Origin: an uncultured delta proteobacterium
GTDB taxonomy: Bacteria > Desulfobacterota > Zymogenia > Zymogenales > Zymogenaceae
NCBI GenBank assembly: GCA_963735595.1
Contig: CAVTLK010000004.1
Span: forward strand, 448,001 to 512,000
DNA: 64,000 bases
Direction: 5' to 3'
Shown here: positions 20,849 through 30,123 of the stretch, in pieces
Layout: every line of letters begins with the position of its first letter
Position numbering within the stretch: the first letter of the stretch is position 1
Program-made: the position numbers and the translations under genes
The notes under the pieces: generated by a model
What the model saw: the letters and a program-made list of their open reading frames with translations, nothing else
Database searches by the model: none
What the model was told of the DNA's origin: nothing

Positions 20849-23410
20849 ATGATTGGAAACAATGTGAACGATCATGATATCGAGGGCTTTCTGTCCCGGG
20901 TGCTTCCGGTCGTGTCCAAGCCCGGCCGCTATATCGGTGGGGAGGTAAACTCGCGGGGTGGAACACCGTCCCCCGGTGATATCCGGGTATGCCTCGCCTT
21001 CCCCGAGGTCTACGAGATCGGGATGAGCCATCAGGGGACGGCGATTATCCTGGACATCCTCAACGGGATAGACGGGGTCTTTGCCGAGCGGGTATTTGCC
21101 GTATGGCCTGACATGGAAGCCGAGATGAGGCGGGCCGGCATTCCCCTCTTTTCACTGGAAACCAGGACCCCTCTTGACCGGTTTGACATCATCGGTTTTT
21201 CGCTGATGTACGAGATGACGTATACCAACGTGGTGGCGATGCTGACGCTTGCCGGCATACCGGTTCTCGCCGCCGATCGGGACGAGCGGTTTCCCCTGCT
21301 TATCGCCGGCGGCGCCTGCGCCTTCAACCCGGAGCCTGTGGCCGAAATCTTCGACGCCATCGTGGTCGGGGACGGCGAGGTGGCAATCGCCGAGATCGTG
21401 AGCGTCCTGCGGGAAATGCCCGGCGCGGCCGGGGACGACCTGCTGACCCGGCTTGCCGCGCTTTCCGGCGTCTATGTGCCCCGGTTCTACGAGCCGGCAT
21501 ACCGGGACGGCGTCTTCTGCGGGATGGGCCATAAAAAACCCGGCCCCCGAACGATCAAGAAACGGACGGTTGCCGACCTTAATGACGCGGCGGGCCCGGC
21601 AAAACCGATCATCCCCCATGTCCAGGCGGTCCACGACCGTATCAGCGTTGAGATCGCCCGGGGATGCCGCCGCGGGTGCCGGTTCTGCCAGGCGGGATAT
21701 ATCTACCGTCCCCTCCGGGAGCGGGACGCCGATACGATCGAACGGGTCGTCGAAGGCCGGCGGCGCGCCACGGGCATGAGGGACGTGTCGCTGCTCTCGC
21801 TGTCGTCGGGCGACTACTCGGATATCGAGCGCCTCATGGCCAACCTCATGGCATCGCTTTCGGAAAAGCGGGTTGCCCTCTCGGTGCCGTCTCTGAGGGT
21901 CGATACCCTGACCGACGAGATGATCGCCCAGATCAGGAGGGTCCGCAAGACCGGGTTTACCGTCGCCCCGGAGGCGGGCAGCGCGCGTCTTCGCGCCGTC
22001 ATCAACAAAAACATTTCCCAGGCCGAGATCGAGGCGACGGTCCAGCGCGTCTTTCGCGCCGGGTGGCGGCTCATCAAGCTCTATTTCATGATCGGGCTTC
22101 CCACCGAGACTGACGAGGACATCCATGAGATCGTCGACCTGGTCACGAACATCGAGCGGATTGCCCCGGGACGCGGCAGGACGACCCTGAACGTGAGCGT
22201 CTCGACATTTATCCCCAAGCCCCATACCCCCTTCCAGTGGGAGGGCATGACGCCCCGCGCGGAGATCGTGAGGCGCCAGGAGATACTTCGGGGGGGGCTG
22301 CGCTCCGGCCGCGTCGCCCTGAAGTTCCACGACTCCCGGATGAGCATGCTGGAAGCGGTCTTTTCCCGGGGCGACCGGAGGCTGCGGCCGGTGATCGTAC
22401 GCGCCGCCGAACTGGGCTGCCGGTTCGACGGCTGGACGGACCGCCTGCGCTTCGACCTGTGGGAGCGGGCCTTCGCGGATAGCGGGCTCACGATGGAGCA
22501 GTACACCGGGTGGGCCCCGGCCGTGGACGCGCCGATGCCCTGGGATCATATCGAGACCGGCGTGGGCCGGCAGTTTTTTGTCAAGGAGCGCGAGCGGGCG
22601 ATTGCGGCGGCCTCCGCGGCGCCATGCGTCAACGACAGGCTCCTCGACGCCGGTGCGTTAGGGCAGCATTCGGAGGGGGGGCATCCGGAAAACCAGCCTG
22701 CCGGCCCCGCGGCCGGGCCGCCCGGGGACGGTGGTGCGCCGGCGGCCGGCGACCGGCTCAAGTATCTCTTCTTTTATTCCCGGACGGGCATGGTGCGGTT
22801 TCTCTCGCACCTGGAAACCGCGTCTGCCCTGGAGCGGGCGCTGGCGCGGGCCGACGTCCCGGTCAACTTCTCGGAGGGTTTTCACCCCAAGCCCCGGATC
22901 AGCTTTTCGGGGGCGCTGGCGGTGGGGGTGGAGGCTCGCCGCGAACCGTTTGTGGTCGAGCTTTCCCGTCACATCGATACGGTTGACGTGGCCGGGCGGC
23001 TCAACAAGACGCTGCCGGAGGGCATCCTGATAGAATCGATCGTCGCGCCGTCGGATAGGCAGAGTAGCCGGGAGGCGAGGATGGCCGATTGTGCCTATCG
23101 GGTGGGTTTGCCCGAAAACGGGTATGCACCGGGTGAGTTGACGGCGCGCATCGCGTCTTTTTTGGACGGGGCCGAATGTTGGTACGAGGGGACCGTCAAG
23201 GGGCAGCGCAAGCGCATCAACGTCCGTCCTTATATCAGCGATATTACATACGACGCGTCTGACGGGATGATTATGGTGATGAGGCGAATAGGCGGCTCAT
23301 CGCCCAGCCCCTATCGGGTAATCTCGGCCCTGTTGGGGATAGCCGAGGAGCAGGCCCGATCGCTCATGGTGGTCAAGGAGCCGTTGGAGCCTGAAGCGGC
23401 GACGACCTGA
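20849..23410 (+). CDS. TIGR03960-type radical SAM protein fused to a TIGR03936/DUF2344 domain (start uncertain, 20783-20864)
   Basis: KPGRYIGGE, FPEVYEIGMSH and CRRGCRFC motifs; C-terminal RFLSHLE...FSEGFHPKPRISF; adjacent to rng. Confidence 0.9.
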   Translation: MIGNNVNDHDIEGFLSRVLPVVSKPGRYIGGEVNSRGGTPSPGDIRVCLAFPEVYEIGMSHQGTAIILDILNGIDGVFAERVFAVWPDMEAEMRRAGIPLFSLETRTPLDRFDIIGFSLMYEMTYTNVVAMLTLAGIPVLAADRDERFPLLIAGGACAFNPEPVAEIFDAIVVGDGEVAIAEIVSVLREMPGAAGDDLLTRLAALSGVYVPRFYEPAYRDGVFCGMGHKKPGPRTIKKRTVADLNDAAGPAKPIIPHVQAVHDRISVEIARGCRRGCRFCQAGYIYRPLRERDADTIERVVEGRRRATGMRDVSLLSLSSGDYSDIERLMANLMASLSEKRVALSVPSLRVDTLTDEMIAQIRRVRKTGFTVAPEAGSARLRAVINKNISQAEIEATVQRVFRAGWRLIKLYFMIGLPTETDEDIHEIVDLVTNIERIAPGRGRTTLNVSVSTFIPKPHTPFQWEGMTPRAEIVRRQEILRGGLRSGRVALKFHDSRMSMLEAVFSRGDRRLRPVIVRAAELGCRFDGWTDRLRFDLWERAFADSGLTMEQYTGWAPAVDAPMPWDHIETGVGRQFFVKERERAIAAASAAPCVNDRLLDAGALGQHSEGGHPENQPAGPAAGPPGDGGAPAAGDRLKYLFFYSRTGMVRFLSHLETASALERALARADVPVNFSEGFHPKPRISFSGALAVGVEARREPFVVELSRHIDTVDVAGRLNKTLPEGILIESIVAPSDRQSSREARMADCAYRVGLPENGYAPGELTARIASFLDGAECWYEGTVKGQRKRINVRPYISDITYDASDGMIMVMRRIGGSSPSPYRVISALLGIAEEQARSLMVVKEPLEPEAATT

Positions 23411-23444
23411 TCGGGCGCCTGCCGGGCGCCGATTTGAGAGGAAT

Positions 23445-24950
23445 ATGGTAAAAGAGATCATTATCAATGCCCATCCCTGGGAAACACGGGCCGCCCTGCT
23501 CGATAACGGGGTGCTGTCCGAGTTTTACCTCGAAAGGCCCAAGGACCTGGGAGTCTCGGGCAATATCTACAAGGGAAAGGTTATCAGGGTAATGCCCGGC
23601 ATGGAGGCGGCGTTCGTCGATATCGGGCTGGAGAAGGCGGCCTTCCTCTATGCCACCGACTTCCTGGACGAGATCGACGAGATGGAGAGCCTGCTGGACA
23701 AAGTCAGCCCCGATTACTTCGAAGGCCTTGAGCAGCCCTACTCGGTCCCCGCGGCCGGCACCGTCGAGATGATGAAGCGGGGCCAGGAAGTGCTCGTGCA
23801 GGTGGCCCGGGAGCCGATCGGCTCCAAGGGCGCGCGCATCACCTCCCATATCTCGTTGCCGGGCAAATACCTGGTGCTGCTGACCATGATGGACCGGGTG
23901 GGCGTATCCCGCCGCATCGAGGATGAGCCCGAGCGAAAGCGCCTCAAACAAATCGTCGAGCAGGTGAAACCTCCCGGAGCGGGCTTCATCGTGCGCACCG
24001 CCGGACAGGGGATGAGCGAGAACGAGATCAAAGAGGACCTCGAGTTTCTCATGAAACTCTCCCGCTCGATCCTGGCCAAGAAGGAGCGGTCCGGCGCCCC
24101 GGTTCTCATCCACCGGGAGCTGGACCTGGGCCTGCGCATGGTCAGGGACCTGCTTACCCAGGACGTCGATGCGCTGATTGTCGATTCCGAGTCCGAGTAC
24201 CACCGGCTCCTGGAATTTGCCGAGTCGTTTCTGCCGCGGGTCGCGGGCTCGATCCGGCGCTACGAGCGCCCCGTGCCGATATTCGAGCACTACGGCCTGG
24301 AGATGGAGATAAAACGTGCGCTGGGCAAGAAGGTCTGGCTCAAGTCGGGCGGTTCTATCGTCATCGAGGGTACCGAGGCGCTGACGGCCGTGGACGTGAA
24401 CACGGGAAAATTCGTCGGGAAGCGGGACCTCGAAGATACGATCCTGCGAACAAACATGGAGGCCGTCCGCGAGATCGCCTACCAGCTGAGGCTTCGCAAC
24501 ATCGGGGGATTGGTAATCATTGACTTTATCGATATGGAGCGGGCCGAGAACCGGGAAAAGGTCTACAACGCGCTGGAAGAGGCGATGAAGGCCGACACGA
24601 AGAAGACCAACATCCTCAAGATATCGGAGCTGGGCATCGTGGAGATGACCCGCAAGCGCACCCGCGAAAACCTCACCCAGGCGCTGGCCGACCCGTGCCC
24701 CTACTGCGACGGCCACGGCTTCTTGAAATCAAAACGCACCGTCTGCTACGAAATCTTCCGGGACCTGATAAAAGGGGCAGGCGCAAAACATGAAAAAGCC
24801 ACGGTGCAGGTGAACCCGGACGTGGCCTCGCTCCTGTATGACGAGGAGCGGGTGTGGCTCGACGACATCGAGGAGCGGTTCGGTATCCGCGTTGCGGTGC
24901 GCGCCGCGCCGCAGTTCCATATCGAGGAGTATGAGATCGGGTGGGGGTAG
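23445..24950 (+). CDS. rng: ribonuclease G (Rne/Rng family)
   Basis: GNIYKGKV..VMPGMEAAFVDIG, DVNTGKF, RLRNIGGLVIIDFIDM and CPYCDG motifs. Confidence 0.93.
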   Translation: MVKEIIINAHPWETRAALLDNGVLSEFYLERPKDLGVSGNIYKGKVIRVMPGMEAAFVDIGLEKAAFLYATDFLDEIDEMESLLDKVSPDYFEGLEQPYSVPAAGTVEMMKRGQEVLVQVAREPIGSKGARITSHISLPGKYLVLLTMMDRVGVSRRIEDEPERKRLKQIVEQVKPPGAGFIVRTAGQGMSENEIKEDLEFLMKLSRSILAKKERSGAPVLIHRELDLGLRMVRDLLTQDVDALIVDSESEYHRLLEFAESFLPRVAGSIRRYERPVPIFEHYGLEMEIKRALGKKVWLKSGGSIVIEGTEALTAVDVNTGKFVGKRDLEDTILRTNMEAVREIAYQLRLRNIGGLVIIDFIDMERAENREKVYNALEEAMKADTKKTNILKISELGIVEMTRKRTRENLTQALADPCPYCDGHGFLKSKRTVCYEIFRDLIKGAGAKHEKATVQVNPDVASLLYDEERVWLDDIEERFGIRVAVRAAPQFHIEEYEIGWG

Positions 24951-24971
24951 GGGAATTTTAAGTAAATCCAT

Positions 24972-25019
24972 ATACAATTTGTAGTGGATACCTAATAAGA
25001 TAAACACCATATATGGTGT
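24972..25019. promoter_or_regulatory. tandem NrdR-box-like operators
   Basis: ATACAATTTGTAGTGG (24972-24987) and perfect palindrome ACACCATATATGGTGT (25004-25019), 32 bp start-to-start; NrdR consensus is acaCwAtATaTwGtgt. Confidence 0.7.
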
Positions 25020-25025
25020 TTTTTC

Positions 25026-25054
25026 TTGACTTTCTAGTTCTTTTATGCTAATAT
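25026..25054 (+). promoter_or_regulatory. sigma-70 promoter of the CBASS operon
   Basis: TTGACT-N17-TAATAT with extended TG, about 40 bp before the cap4 ATG. Confidence 0.7.
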
Positions 25055-25093
25055 AGCGATATTTAATCGAACCTATTGTTTTAGGCTATAAGG

Positions 25094-26617
25094 ATGGCAC
25101 TTCAAGTAATTCCAAGAATTGCTGGCGATGATTTTCAAGCTCGATGGTTTTGGTTTCAAGCTTGCCGACTATTTTCTATTTATAAGACCGTCGATACCGT
25201 AATCTTCGAATCAAAGGAACATGGGGGCTTCGATGATGTGGTGGTGAAGTATAGCCGGCCAATACCTGACGGAAGAGGTAACACCATAAATGCTGATTGT
25301 TATCAAATAAAATTTCATGTTAACCATGCCGGTTCTTTCACATGCGATAAGTTAAAAGACCCAAGTTTTATCGGGAGTAGTAAGGATTCAATTCTTCATA
25401 GACTTAGAGATGCTTACTTAGGAACACTCGGTAAAGAGAAATGCCTGTTTAACATAATCTCATCATGGCCGATAGATCCTAATGATTCACTTGCTACGCT
25501 TGTTGATCAGTATGATAATAAACTTAGGTTAGATGAGGTTCTATTTAATCCTAAGAAGATCCATTTCGTGGGTATTAAGGATGACTGGAAACGAGTTCTT
25601 GGCGTTGCCAATGAAGGTGATTTATACAAGATATTAAGTCAGCTCAGGATAGATACATGGCCGCCTAACCTAAAACTATTTCAAGAAGTTCTTAATACGA
25701 AATTAGAAAACGTAGGGCTACTACCTATAAGCGATGCTTCTATCGGAAGTCTTTATGACGATCTAATTTGGAAACTATACCGTAATGGACTTAATACGTT
25801 CCGGCAGGGCGATATTATAGAAATTGCCAAGAACGAGGGGTTATGGGTAGGAAATAGAATATCGAGCGAAACGAAGTTACGTTTAGGTATTCGTAGTTTT
25901 CATAAATGGGCCGAGTATTTGGAGGATGATACTAGTTCTCTCCTCTGTCTTCTGAAATACTTCGATAATAGAAAACTTAAGAAAGAATATGCATGGACTA
26001 AACACATTATACCAGAGGTCAAAGGTTTCTTGGAATCTTCCCTGAAGGACGAGAATTCTTGTGAACTCATCCTGGATGCTCATTCTTCGATCGCTTTTCT
26101 CGCGGGTTATATATTAAACTCCAAGTCTGGCAAGAAAGTGACGATTAGACAGAAAACGATAAAAGGTGGTATTGAGTTTTGGTCTGGTAGTGAAATAGAA
26201 AATAGCGATAAAAGCGAATGGTGCTGCGAAACGATCGAGAGGGATTCCGGGAAAGCTGACTTAGCCGTAGCTATCAGTATATCTAATAACACTATTGGGG
26301 ATGTGGACGACTTTGTCGGACGCTCATTGCCCGTTGGGAAGATTCTTCATTTAAAGCTTCTGTCCGGGACAAGTCAGGTAGCGATTAAAAACGGTGCCCA
26401 TGCTTTACACTTGGCACAAGACGCAATAAGATTGATCAGAGAACATTACGCGAGAAAAGGGGATAGTACTCGTGTCCATTTTTTCATTTCCGCACCTAAT
26501 GGTTTTACTTTTTTCTTTGGGCAAGCGTCTCACGTATTAGGGAAACTGGTCCTTTACGAGTATGATTTTTCGTCGGGGGTATTGGGTTCCTATGAACCAG
26601 CAGTAGTACTGCCGTAA
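25094..26617 (+). CDS. cap4: CBASS effector Cap4 (restriction-like endonuclease + SAVED)
   Basis: GDDFQARWFW, GFDDVV and YQIKFHV nuclease motifs; SAVED region DAHSSIAFLAG...HFFISAPNGFTFFFGQ...LYEYDF; closely parallels Enterobacter cloacae Cap4 as I recall it. Confidence 0.92.
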   Translation: MALQVIPRIAGDDFQARWFWFQACRLFSIYKTVDTVIFESKEHGGFDDVVVKYSRPIPDGRGNTINADCYQIKFHVNHAGSFTCDKLKDPSFIGSSKDSILHRLRDAYLGTLGKEKCLFNIISSWPIDPNDSLATLVDQYDNKLRLDEVLFNPKKIHFVGIKDDWKRVLGVANEGDLYKILSQLRIDTWPPNLKLFQEVLNTKLENVGLLPISDASIGSLYDDLIWKLYRNGLNTFRQGDIIEIAKNEGLWVGNRISSETKLRLGIRSFHKWAEYLEDDTSSLLCLLKYFDNRKLKKEYAWTKHIIPEVKGFLESSLKDENSCELILDAHSSIAFLAGYILNSKSGKKVTIRQKTIKGGIEFWSGSEIENSDKSEWCCETIERDSGKADLAVAISISNNTIGDVDDFVGRSLPVGKILHLKLLSGTSQVAIKNGAHALHLAQDAIRLIREHYARKGDSTRVHFFISAPNGFTFFFGQASHVLGKLVLYEYDFSSGVLGSYEPAVVLP

Positions 26618-26638
26618 GATTAGGGGAGGATATTATTT

Positions 26639-27679
26639 ATGGATCTACCAACCTACTTTAAGGATTTCTTGTCAAATATACGTCTTACAGATTCTCAGAC
26701 TGAAGAACTGAAAAAAGGACACGAACTTCTCAGAAATCGACTTCAAGAGTACGATGAGATATCTAGAACCGTTATCACAACTTTCTTGCAAGGTAGTTAT
26801 AGGAGAGGTACGTCAATTCGCCCCAAACCAGAATCTCTCGCTGATGTCGATGTGGTAGTCGTGACAAACATAGATAAAGGGTCCGTAACACCGGGAGATG
26901 CTCTAAAGCTATTTATGCCTTTCTTAGACAAATACTATAAGGGAAAATATGAAATTCAGGGTCGTTCCATCGGAATCGATATGAGTAAGATATCTTTGGA
27001 TCTTGTGCCTACGACGAGTATGGCTAGTAGAACGACACTAGAGTCCGGCTTTTTTAGGTCAGATAAAACGATTGAAGACTACGAATTTAAAAGACTCGGT
27101 TCCTCATTACCGCTCTTCATTCCGAATCGAGAAGTGGATAGATGGGAGGAAACGGATCCAATAGCACAAATTGACTGGACTATTGATAAAAACGCGAATT
27201 GTAATGGCCATTACGTTAATGTAGTTAAGGCCCTTAAATGGTGGCGTCAGGAAAAACAGTCGAAGCCAAAATATCCCAAAAGCTATCCATTAGAACACCT
27301 TATTGGCCAGTGCTGTCCTGACGGCATTAAGAGCGTTGCCGAAGGGGTAACTAAGTCGTTGGAGGGAATTAAAGATAAATTCGCTGCTGCCGCCCAGCAA
27401 AAAACAACCCCGTTTATTCCAGACCATGGGGTTCCAAGTCATAACGTTTTAGGGCGTGTTTCCGGTGAAGATTTCTCGGCTTTTCATACTCATGTTGGTA
27501 ATGCCGCATCTTTATCAAGAAAAGCGTTCGATTCTGCTGATCTAGAAGAAAGCTTAGAACTATGGGGACAACTGTTCGGAGATAATTTTCCCGATTCAGG
27601 TAATGGCGGTGATAAAGGCGGTGGCTATACAGAACGGAAAAAGAGTACAAATATAGGGGGGAGTCGCTGGGGGAAATAG
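26639..27679 (+). CDS. cdnD: CBASS cyclic oligonucleotide synthase (CD-NTase, CdnD-like)
   Basis: TFLQGSYRRGTSIRP...DVDVVVVTN, QGRSIG, LDLVP, NGHYVNVVKALKWWR and YPLEH motifs. Confidence 0.93.
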   Translation: MDLPTYFKDFLSNIRLTDSQTEELKKGHELLRNRLQEYDEISRTVITTFLQGSYRRGTSIRPKPESLADVDVVVVTNIDKGSVTPGDALKLFMPFLDKYYKGKYEIQGRSIGIDMSKISLDLVPTTSMASRTTLESGFFRSDKTIEDYEFKRLGSSLPLFIPNREVDRWEETDPIAQIDWTIDKNANCNGHYVNVVKALKWWRQEKQSKPKYPKSYPLEHLIGQCCPDGIKSVAEGVTKSLEGIKDKFAAAAQQKTTPFIPDHGVPSHNVLGRVSGEDFSAFHTHVGNAASLSRKAFDSADLEESLELWGQLFGDNFPDSGNGGDKGGGYTERKKSTNIGGSRWGK

Positions 27680-29484
27680 AATATAAGACTATAAGTAAAG
27701 AGCTCCTGGATGGCAGAAGAGCAATAGACGGCATATATGGAGCCATGATACTAGAAGACTGGTTGTGGTATCCGTCAGTTTCAAAATGGGCTTTACATTG
27801 TCGTTTAAGTATCCCAGTAGTTACATCGGACGAGGTACTTGCCGTAACCGATTGGTATTTCCTTGTTGATGAAATATACCCGTGGGGTGATGTAAAGGTT
27901 CATCCCGCAAAAATAAATGGTATCAGCCGAACATACCAACACCAAATATATAATAGTTATGGCGATAATGATGAACCATGGAGAAACGGTAATATTTGTG
28001 TAAACAACAGCACATACATACTTGGCCGCGGTTATAGTAATGAACCTTATGAATCTCGCGAAAGGTTAGCGTGGAATGTAAAACGAACTATTGATTGGCT
28101 AATTGACGCAAAAAACGGGACCTTAATAAAGCCGGGCGAACCTTTCGAGCTCCCTTATCCCCCCTCCCGCGTAAATGTACCTAGAGTGATCTTTTGCGAG
28201 GACGAAAGTACTTTTAAACTATGGAATACAAAGCACGATACTTTTCTTGGACTTGTATATTTCTTTATATCGTCCACCATTAAAGACACCCTTCTTGTGG
28301 ATCGTTTCTGTGGTTCTAACGGGCAAGAGATATTTAGAATTGATTGGGGGGCAAATTTTGAAAGTAAAAGAAGTAACCCCCTTATAGGTATCTGGTTAAG
28401 ATTTAATGAGCCATTAGTACTTCCACCTTGGCAAGTCCCTTTTAATTGGGGTGAAATCTCAACTGCAGCAGACGCTCAAGGGATAGATTTTCTAGGAGCC
28501 ATACGCAAGATTGCCAGTCATCTTCGTGATGGTAAACCACACGTTCTTCTAATCGGTTTCCCCATACCAGAATTCGTTGGCGATAAACAAGTTAGAATGC
28601 ATTGGCAATCTATCGAATTCCCAATACTACGGCCAGGGAAGAGTTCAATACCAAAAGGTTTTAGAGATAACGAGTCGGGTTGCTGGCAACGAGACAAAAC
28701 ACAAATATTTAGAAACTCCAATTCAATTGGCTGGCTAAGGACGGAAAACTGGAACAGCAGCGAAATCAGGAGCAGGGGCCAATTAGCGAATTCAATCTTG
28801 TCAGAAAGGGTACTTCTTATTGGAGCAGGAGCGGTAGGCTCAGTTATAGCTGAGCTTCTTGTTAGAGGAGGAGTTAAGGAATTAACTATTCTTGATGATG
28901 ATAAAGTAGAGATTGGGAATCTAGTACGGCATAGTCTATCAATGGAGAGTATTGGTAGATCCAAGGCGGAGGCTCTAGCGGATAAGCTTACTAACCTATC
29001 TCCGCACCTAAAGGTAAAAGGCTTTATCAAGAAGATAAAGAGCATGGACGGCGAAGTTATTGATTTGGTTGGAAACTCGGGTATTATCATAGATTGCTCT
29101 GCGTCGGATGATGTACTATATATACTTTCAACGTATAGCTGGCCTTCCAAACGATTTTTCTTTTCTATTTCAATTGGACTCCAGGCAAGAAGAACCTTCA
29201 TGTATAGTTCGTTTTCAGTAAACTTCCCGCATAACAGCTTTATGGAAGAAATGAGTAAATGGCATGAAAAAGAAAGAGAAGAGTCTAAGAATGTTCCTTT
29301 TCCTATGGAGGGAATTGGATGTTGGCATCCTGTCTTCCCCGCTCGCGCTGATGATATATGGTTAACCGCTTCCGTTGCTGTTAAGTACATAAACGAGATA
29401 CTAACGAAACCAGCAGGAAACCAACTAGTGGTTTTCGAGCATATTGGGGATATAGGCTGTTTCGCGGGAATTAGAAGAATATAG
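27667..29484 (+). CDS. cap2: CBASS Cap2 (E2-E1 ubiquitin-like conjugating enzyme); first ATG at 27745, probable true start upstream (CTG 27667)
   Basis: E2 TYQHQ...WRNGNIC; ThiF LIGAGAVGS, GNLVRH, IIDCS; E1 Cys in GCWHPVFPARADD. Confidence 0.92.
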   Translation: MGEIEYKTISKELLDGRRAIDGIYGAMILEDWLWYPSVSKWALHCRLSIPVVTSDEVLAVTDWYFLVDEIYPWGDVKVHPAKINGISRTYQHQIYNSYGDNDEPWRNGNICVNNSTYILGRGYSNEPYESRERLAWNVKRTIDWLIDAKNGTLIKPGEPFELPYPPSRVNVPRVIFCEDESTFKLWNTKHDTFLGLVYFFISSTIKDTLLVDRFCGSNGQEIFRIDWGANFESKRSNPLIGIWLRFNEPLVLPPWQVPFNWGEISTAADAQGIDFLGAIRKIASHLRDGKPHVLLIGFPIPEFVGDKQVRMHWQSIEFPILRPGKSSIPKGFRDNESGCWQRDKTQIFRNSNSIGWLRTENWNSSEIRSRGQLANSILSERVLLIGAGAVGSVIAELLVRGGVKELTILDDDKVEIGNLVRHSLSMESIGRSKAEALADKLTNLSPHLKVKGFIKKIKSMDGEVIDLVGNSGIIIDCSASDDVLYILSTYSWPSKRFFFSISIGLQARRTFMYSSFSVNFPHNSFMEEMSKWHEKEREESKNVPFPMEGIGCWHPVFPARADDIWLTASVAVKYINEILTKPAGNQLVVFEHIGDIGCFAGIRRI

Positions 29485-29497
29485 AACTAAAACGAGC

Positions 29498-29995
29498 ATG
29501 GAAGAGTATAACGAGTTTTGGTCAAGAGATAGGAAATACGGCTTAAATATTTCCAGGATACTCGTAAGGGAAATTTATGAATATTGTAATGAGTCCGGTT
29601 ATCTGGAAACGGGTGGAACACTAATCGGCTACTATAATCGAAGCCGTGATTGTGCATTTGTTACAGCTATAACTCCCGCGCCTAGTGATTCAAGAAGTGG
29701 GTATAGTCGGTTCTATCGAGGTTTTGAAGGTTTACAACATTTGTTAGACCGCTTTTGGGTGGATAAGAGGGAGTATTATCTTGGTGAATGGCATTATCAT
29801 CCGGCATGTCAATCTGATCCAAGTGGATTAGATAATAGTGAAATTTTGCGTATTTCTAGAGATAGGAATTACAATTGCCCGGAGCCAATTCTTATTATTG
29901 TAAGTAGGGCAAAGAATCGTGGTATGAATATAAGAGCGTACGTAGTTTCGAGAGAACTTTCTTTACAGAAACTCCTGAAACGCTATTCTAAATAA
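29498..29995 (+). CDS. cap3: CBASS Cap3 JAB/MPN isopeptidase
   Basis: ETGG.LIGYY and JAMM motif YLGEWHYHP...PSGLD. Confidence 0.93.
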   Translation: MEEYNEFWSRDRKYGLNISRILVREIYEYCNESGYLETGGTLIGYYNRSRDCAFVTAITPAPSDSRSGYSRFYRGFEGLQHLLDRFWVDKREYYLGEWHYHPACQSDPSGLDNSEILRISRDRNYNCPEPILIIVSRAKNRGMNIRAYVVSRELSLQKLLKRYSK

Positions 29996-30090
29996 CGTAG
30001 ATATCGCGAGTTAATATGAGGTATTCTAAGATATATGAACAAATAGTCTTATAATCTCACACTATCTTCCCTTATAACCCCATACCGCCC

Positions 30091-30119
30091 TTGCCATATA
30101 CCAGATCATGCAGTAGTAT
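30091..30119 (+). promoter_or_regulatory. groESL promoter
   Basis: TTGCCA-N17-TAGTAT immediately before CIRCE. Confidence 0.6.
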
Positions 30120-30123
30120 TATA

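Larger units (their letters stand above)
24951..30090. other. AT-rich horizontally acquired defence island (type II CBASS)
   Basis: Abrupt drop in GC right after the rng stop, returning near the groES leader (judged by eye). No integrase or transposase in the window. Confidence 0.8.

Noticed and set aside
28518..29390. 290-aa antisense ORF inside cap2
   Set aside because: Ser/Ile/Pro-rich composition typical of a shadow frame; no recognisable domain.
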